This document shows positions 59,401-64,000 of a DNA stretch of 64,000 bases, one piece after another. Position numbers and translations under genes: made by a program. How positions within the stretch are numbered: the first letter of the stretch is position 1; each line of letters begins with the position of its first letter. The DNA comes from Zancudomyces culisetae HAW-14-8. Lineage: Eukaryota; Fungi; Kickxellomycota. The stretch covers positions 1,116,001 to 1,180,000 of the forward strand of contig JBNJNM010000012.1 in assembly GCA_052426225.1 (NCBI GenBank). The letters run 5' to 3'. The notes beneath the pieces are model-generated. The model was not told where the DNA came from, made no database searches, and worked only from the letters and a program-made list of their open reading frames with translations.

Positions 59401-59651
59401 CCCCTCTTTTTATGTAATTTATAGGTTGTATACAGCATACAAAATCAAAATAAAATTGCAAAAGCTTCATTTCAATCCAATAATAATAATAAAATGCATT
59501 ACTTGGCTTCATCTTCGTTTCCAAGTCGTTTTGCTTTGGGTGGAGACCAATGCCGCTGGTTAGAAAATGTATCGTTAAACAACAAGTACTCTACCGGTTT
59601 GTTGTGAGATATTCTAAACACAACCAACCCTGTAGTGTTTGTTGAATCCAT
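56483..59651 (-). CDS. Pseudo-Nudix (NUDT2-like) + tandem CCCH zinc finger + W2 domain protein, 926 aa, 2 exons
   Basis: Exon 1 (59651-59503) and exon 2 (59114-56483) join in frame across a GT-AG intron (2781 nt = 927 codons). NUDT2-like N-terminus, two YKTxxC-x8-C-x5-C-x3-H fingers at about 57943-57682, and W2 AA-boxes at the C-terminus. Confidence 0.88.
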
Positions 59652-60884
59652 TTTATCTCTTTTTTTCTCTTAATGCTTTTTTTTTTATGAAAAAAAAAAC
59701 AAACACAAAAACAAAAACATAAACAAAATGGAAATTATAATAAAAAGTACTGTATTGATACCAGAAGATTTATTTTTTTTATATCTGGTAAAGTGCTGTA
59801 TACTTTTTTTTTTATTCTCATTCTCATTTTATTTTTAATTCTTTATTTTAGTTTTTGGTACATGAGAGGTTGTTAAAAAGAACAACTAAAATAAAATAAA
59901 ATAAGATAAAATAATATAAAATATTACTAGATGTTTGGCAAGTTGTTCTGGTAGGTTTCGGTTGTGATGATGTTAGTGGGAGCGGAGAGATTGAAAAGTT
60001 GAGGAAATGTGAGAGTATGTGAAAAAACTGAAAAAACAAAAAACAAAAAACAAAAAACTGAAAAAAAAAAATTTGTACTGATAAAGCTCTTTGAATTTTT
60101 TTTTCTGTCCTTTCTCCTCTCTCTCCCTCCCCCACCAAACCCGTTTGTGAATAACTTTTGAAAATTGGTTTATTTTACTTTATTTTATTTTTTTTTGTTA
60201 GGTGAAATGAAGATTTGAGTGGAGGGGGGAGATGGGAGGAAGGTTGGGTATATGGGAAAAAGTGTCAGAAAGCTTGTGGTATCAATAAGTGGGGGGGTGG
60301 AGCTGGAGCTGGAGCTGAAGCAGGAGCAGGAGGAGGAGGATGGATGGATGGATGGTTTGTGAATGGTGTTGTGGTTGGGTATGGTTGGGTGAATTGGTAA
60401 GGTTGGGGATAAGTGAAATAAAAGCAATTTCATGCTCCTATATTTTTGTTTCTATTTTTATTTTCTTTTATTTACTTTTATTCGTAATTTTTAAACTATC
60501 GAGAAAGAAAAAAAAAAGATTAGGGAGTTTCGGAATAATCTTGTGGGTATTTAATTATCCAAGACTTGTCACCTTTTTTTTTTCTAGTTTTTACAAAACA
60601 GTTGCCATCTTTTCTTGGCTTTCATTTTCTATTGCCAATATATAACTCTATTATCTCTTATTTCTACATTGGTTTTTTTTTGGGTATCAAGATATTTATG
60701 GACAATCAATGTGGTTTTGCACTAGACATATTAACATTTACTTGTAGTACAAACGTCTCTTGAATTAATTATTCAACATGGTAAATAAATAGACATAAGT
60801 GTCCAGCTTGTTTCATGAAACTTTTTCGGTATAACAATACCATTACTCTACTCCCCCCCTTCTCTTACACCCCTTCCCTCTCCA

Positions 60885-61020
60885 TTCACCCATTCACCAA
60901 TTCACCAATTCACCAATTCACCAATTCACCAATTCACCAATTCACCAATTCACCAATTCACCAATTCACCAATTCACCAATTCACCAATTCACCCATTCA
61001 CCCATTCACCCATTCACCCA
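60885..61020. repeat. Octanucleotide tandem repeat (TTCACCAA)12 flanked by TTCACCCA variants
   Basis: 17 contiguous 8-bp units (1+12+4) are directly visible. Confidence 0.95.
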
Positions 61021-62035
61021 TTAATTCATTCACCCATTTACTTCTTCCTTTTACCTCTTACTCTTCCCGTTCTTGTTATTTTGTTACTACATTCTTGGCT
61101 ACACATACATTATCTACATCGTATACCACAATTAGAATATCGACAAAGGAAATCATTCTTACATGTATATCCAACCCCATCACTAAACAATCAATTAGTT
61201 TTTTTTTGTTTTTTTTTGGTAGGTTTGGGGGAGAAATGGAGACAAAGATTCTACAGAAAATGGGAAGCTAGGAAAGAAAGTTTTGGATGATTTAACAATA
61301 CACTTTCGTATTATACTTGTGATCTTCCAACATAATCAATATTTGTTATCCTCTAACCTCTTTCTCTGCCCCCTCCATCCTCTCAAATAACTTTTCCTTT
61401 TTGTTCTTTATTTGGTTTGGGTTGGTCTAGTTAAGTGTTATAACCAGTAATATAAACCATTATTATCCAGAATCAATTATATCATGATATTCAAACAATA
61501 CCACATCATACCCAACTCTCTGTTTTTCATAATTTCTTTTTCTTTTCAAAATATAAATAAATAAACAACCAAATTAACAAACAAACAAATAAAACATGTT
61601 GAGTGTCGGAATGTTTATACTTTTCCCCATTATCAATGATGAAAGAGGAAATACAAAGTTGGAATACCTAAATGATTCATATTAATACATTACATACTTT
61701 ATTCGCTAATACGAAAAGAAAAAGAATAAGAAAAAAAAAAGTATAATAGTACGGAAATTATTCATGTAAATTGATGGTCATAGTTAAAAGAAAACCCTCC
61801 AATGTGATGGGGTTTATCCAAACTTCATGTACAAATTGTCAGTACATATAGATATACATTATACATTATACATATATGTTTGTAAAAGTTAATAAATGTA
61901 GAGTGTGTAACATGATTAATATTTTCAATGATGAAGAAAAAAAAAATAAAAACAAAAAAGAAATCTAAAGGAACTGGTTGAATAAAACCTAATAAATATT
62001 TCTAACAAATGAAAAAAAGAAAATAAAGAGATCAA

Positions 62036-64000
62036 TTAGGCATCAATATGGTTGTAGTATCTGGGAAACAAGATAACGTCACGAATGCTACGCATTCCAG
62101 TTATAAATTGGATGTACCGGTCAAATCCGATACCATATCCACCATGAGGGGTTGAGGAGAATCTGGCTAGGTCTAGGTACCAGTCCAGCGGTCGGTTAGG
62201 AGTGCTTTTGACTGCATCGTTGGTTGTACCATTTCCACTAGCACTTTCACCATCTAGTGGAGGTGGTAGCTGTGAATATAATTCGTTCAACCGAGTTTCT
62301 AAAACCACGGGATCGTCCTCACGCAAACTACCACCAGCCAGTTCACAAATATTTGGAACCAGCAAATCAAAGCACGAGGCAACCCTCTTAACATTATCAC
62401 TATCATGGCTAGTAGTAGTAGTAGTTGTTGTTGTAGATGGTTCGGAGGTAATAGATGAAGAACCCAATTTCATATAAAAGGGTTTAATTTCGTACGGATA
62501 GTCGTAGACAAAGACCGGACCCTTAAAGTACTCATTTGCCAAAAACGCTTCATGTTCTGTTTGTAGTGAATTTCCCCATTCCAACTTTGAACCTCCATAT
62601 ACAAACTTGGTGCTGCGATTACCTTGGCTAGCATCGCGATCAGCACGCCGTAGAATTTCGAGTGCTTCGGCATAGGAGATTCGGGCAAAAGGTTTATCCA
62701 AATGTTGGAATACATCGTAATCAAAATCAAATTCAGAACCAGAACTAGAACCAGAACTAGAGTCAGAGTCATTTGATAATAAAATATCCTTGTCCTTGTT
62801 CTTGTTTTTTTCATCACCACTTCGACTGGTTTTGATTTTGTTTTTTACTTTATTTTTATTACTGATCCTATCGCTTCTGATTTTACGTAAAAATTCAAGT
62901 TCAGCAGCACAAGTAGTTGCAATTTGCCTAGTAGTTTCAACAATAGCACGTTCTACAACATCCATTAGTTGAGAAATAGAGAATACAAACATTTGTTCAG
63001 CCTCCAACATCCAGAATTCAGCCAGGTGTCGACTGGTGACGCCTGTTTCTGCACGAAAGGCCGGGTTGAGTGTGTACACACGAGAATGGGCATGGGCCGC
63101 TGCTTCGAGATGTAGTTGACCGGAAACTGTTAGACTCGCACGTTTTGGACCAAAGAATTCTAGTTCGTTTGTTGATACTACTGGTTTTTCTAAACTGGAA
63201 GAAGAACGTTCAGGTTCAGGTTCAGGTTCAGGTGGTGATGTAGTAATGGAAAAGACTCCACCGCCTCCTTCACAATCATTTGTGGTTAGTAATGGAGTGT
63301 GTATTCGAATATACCCACTGCGAGCATAATGGGCGTGGAAGGCCTGTTCGGCAGCGCTACGAATATTCATTATAGAAGAATGGGTGGTTAATCGAGGACG
63401 AAGATGGGGAAACTGACGGGTATATTCAGCAGTCATGTATTTCTTTTGAAATGGATATCCCTAAAATTAAAAAAAATTAAAAAAAAAAAGTTACAATAAA
63501 TTATAATATTTTTAAATAGGATTTATAAAAAGACGAGTATTAATATGCTAATTTATTACAGTTGAATAGTTAGTTATTTTACCTCGGAATCAATTGCGTT
63601 TAATACAGATATTTCTTGAGCCATTAGTTCATAATTTTGTCCTTTACTTGGAGACTCTTGCAACTTGCCAGAAATACAAACAGCAACACCAGGGCGTAAA
63701 CTAAAAATTAGATATATATATATAGATATAGATAAATAAAAAGAGAGATAAAGATATATATATATATATGTACATATAAATATAAATATAAATATAAATA
63801 TAAATTTACTTTGGGTTTTCGACGAGAAGAATGGGATTATCAACAACAACTTGAAGACCTTCAAAGAGGGTTCCATCAATGACGTTGATAAAGGCTATAG
63901 CCTTTTGTTTGCGAAGGGATTTGACCCACCCATAAACATGAACAGTTGTGAGGTTTGTTTTAGTATCAATTTGGTTTTCAGGATTGAGAATTTGTCGAAT
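62036..64000 (-). CDS. SLM5: Mitochondrial asparaginyl-tRNA synthetase, 5'-truncated by the window edge
   Basis: Exons 64000-63810, 63700-63583 and 63460-62036; OB-fold motifs GWVKSLRKQK..AFI...DG and YPFQKK, then TPLLT.NDCEGGG, LTVSGQLHLE, FRAE....RHLAEFWMLEAE and PHGGYGIGFDR. Confidence 0.93.

Overview
AT-rich, gene-dense eukaryotic DNA with short GT-AG introns, from a fungus. An early-diverging zoopagomycotan such as a Harpellales gut fungus is my inference from gene style and is not proven. The window holds about 22 protein-coding genes, mostly housekeeping: uL13, AN1 zinc finger, GDP-mannose pyrophosphorylase, RAD6, mL41, ARG1, eL33, UDP-glucose 4-epimerase, RPB12, COQ4, sphingolipid delta-4 desaturase, 3-hydroxyacyl-CoA dehydrogenase, a Chs4/Skt5-like Sel1 protein, mitochondrial uS12, MEMO1 and mitochondrial AsnRS. 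It also holds a decayed LINE reverse transcriptase, two tRNA-Thr genes 6 nt apart, and a probable RNase MRP RNA gene. Two genes stand out. (1) A spliced 926-aa protein (56483-59651, minus), whose true first exon is missed by the ORF track, joins an apparently inactive Ap4A-hydrolase (NUDT2)-like Nudix domain, prion-like linkers, two TTP/Cth-type CCCH zinc fingers and a C-terminal eIF5/eIF2B-epsilon-type W2 domain; I do not recognise this architecture. (2) A 2392-aa secreted S1 serine protease sits on three long (Gly/Ser-Pro-Thr)n stalks that separate repeated beta-rich domains. Exon boundaries were deduced by eye; no database search or folding program was run.
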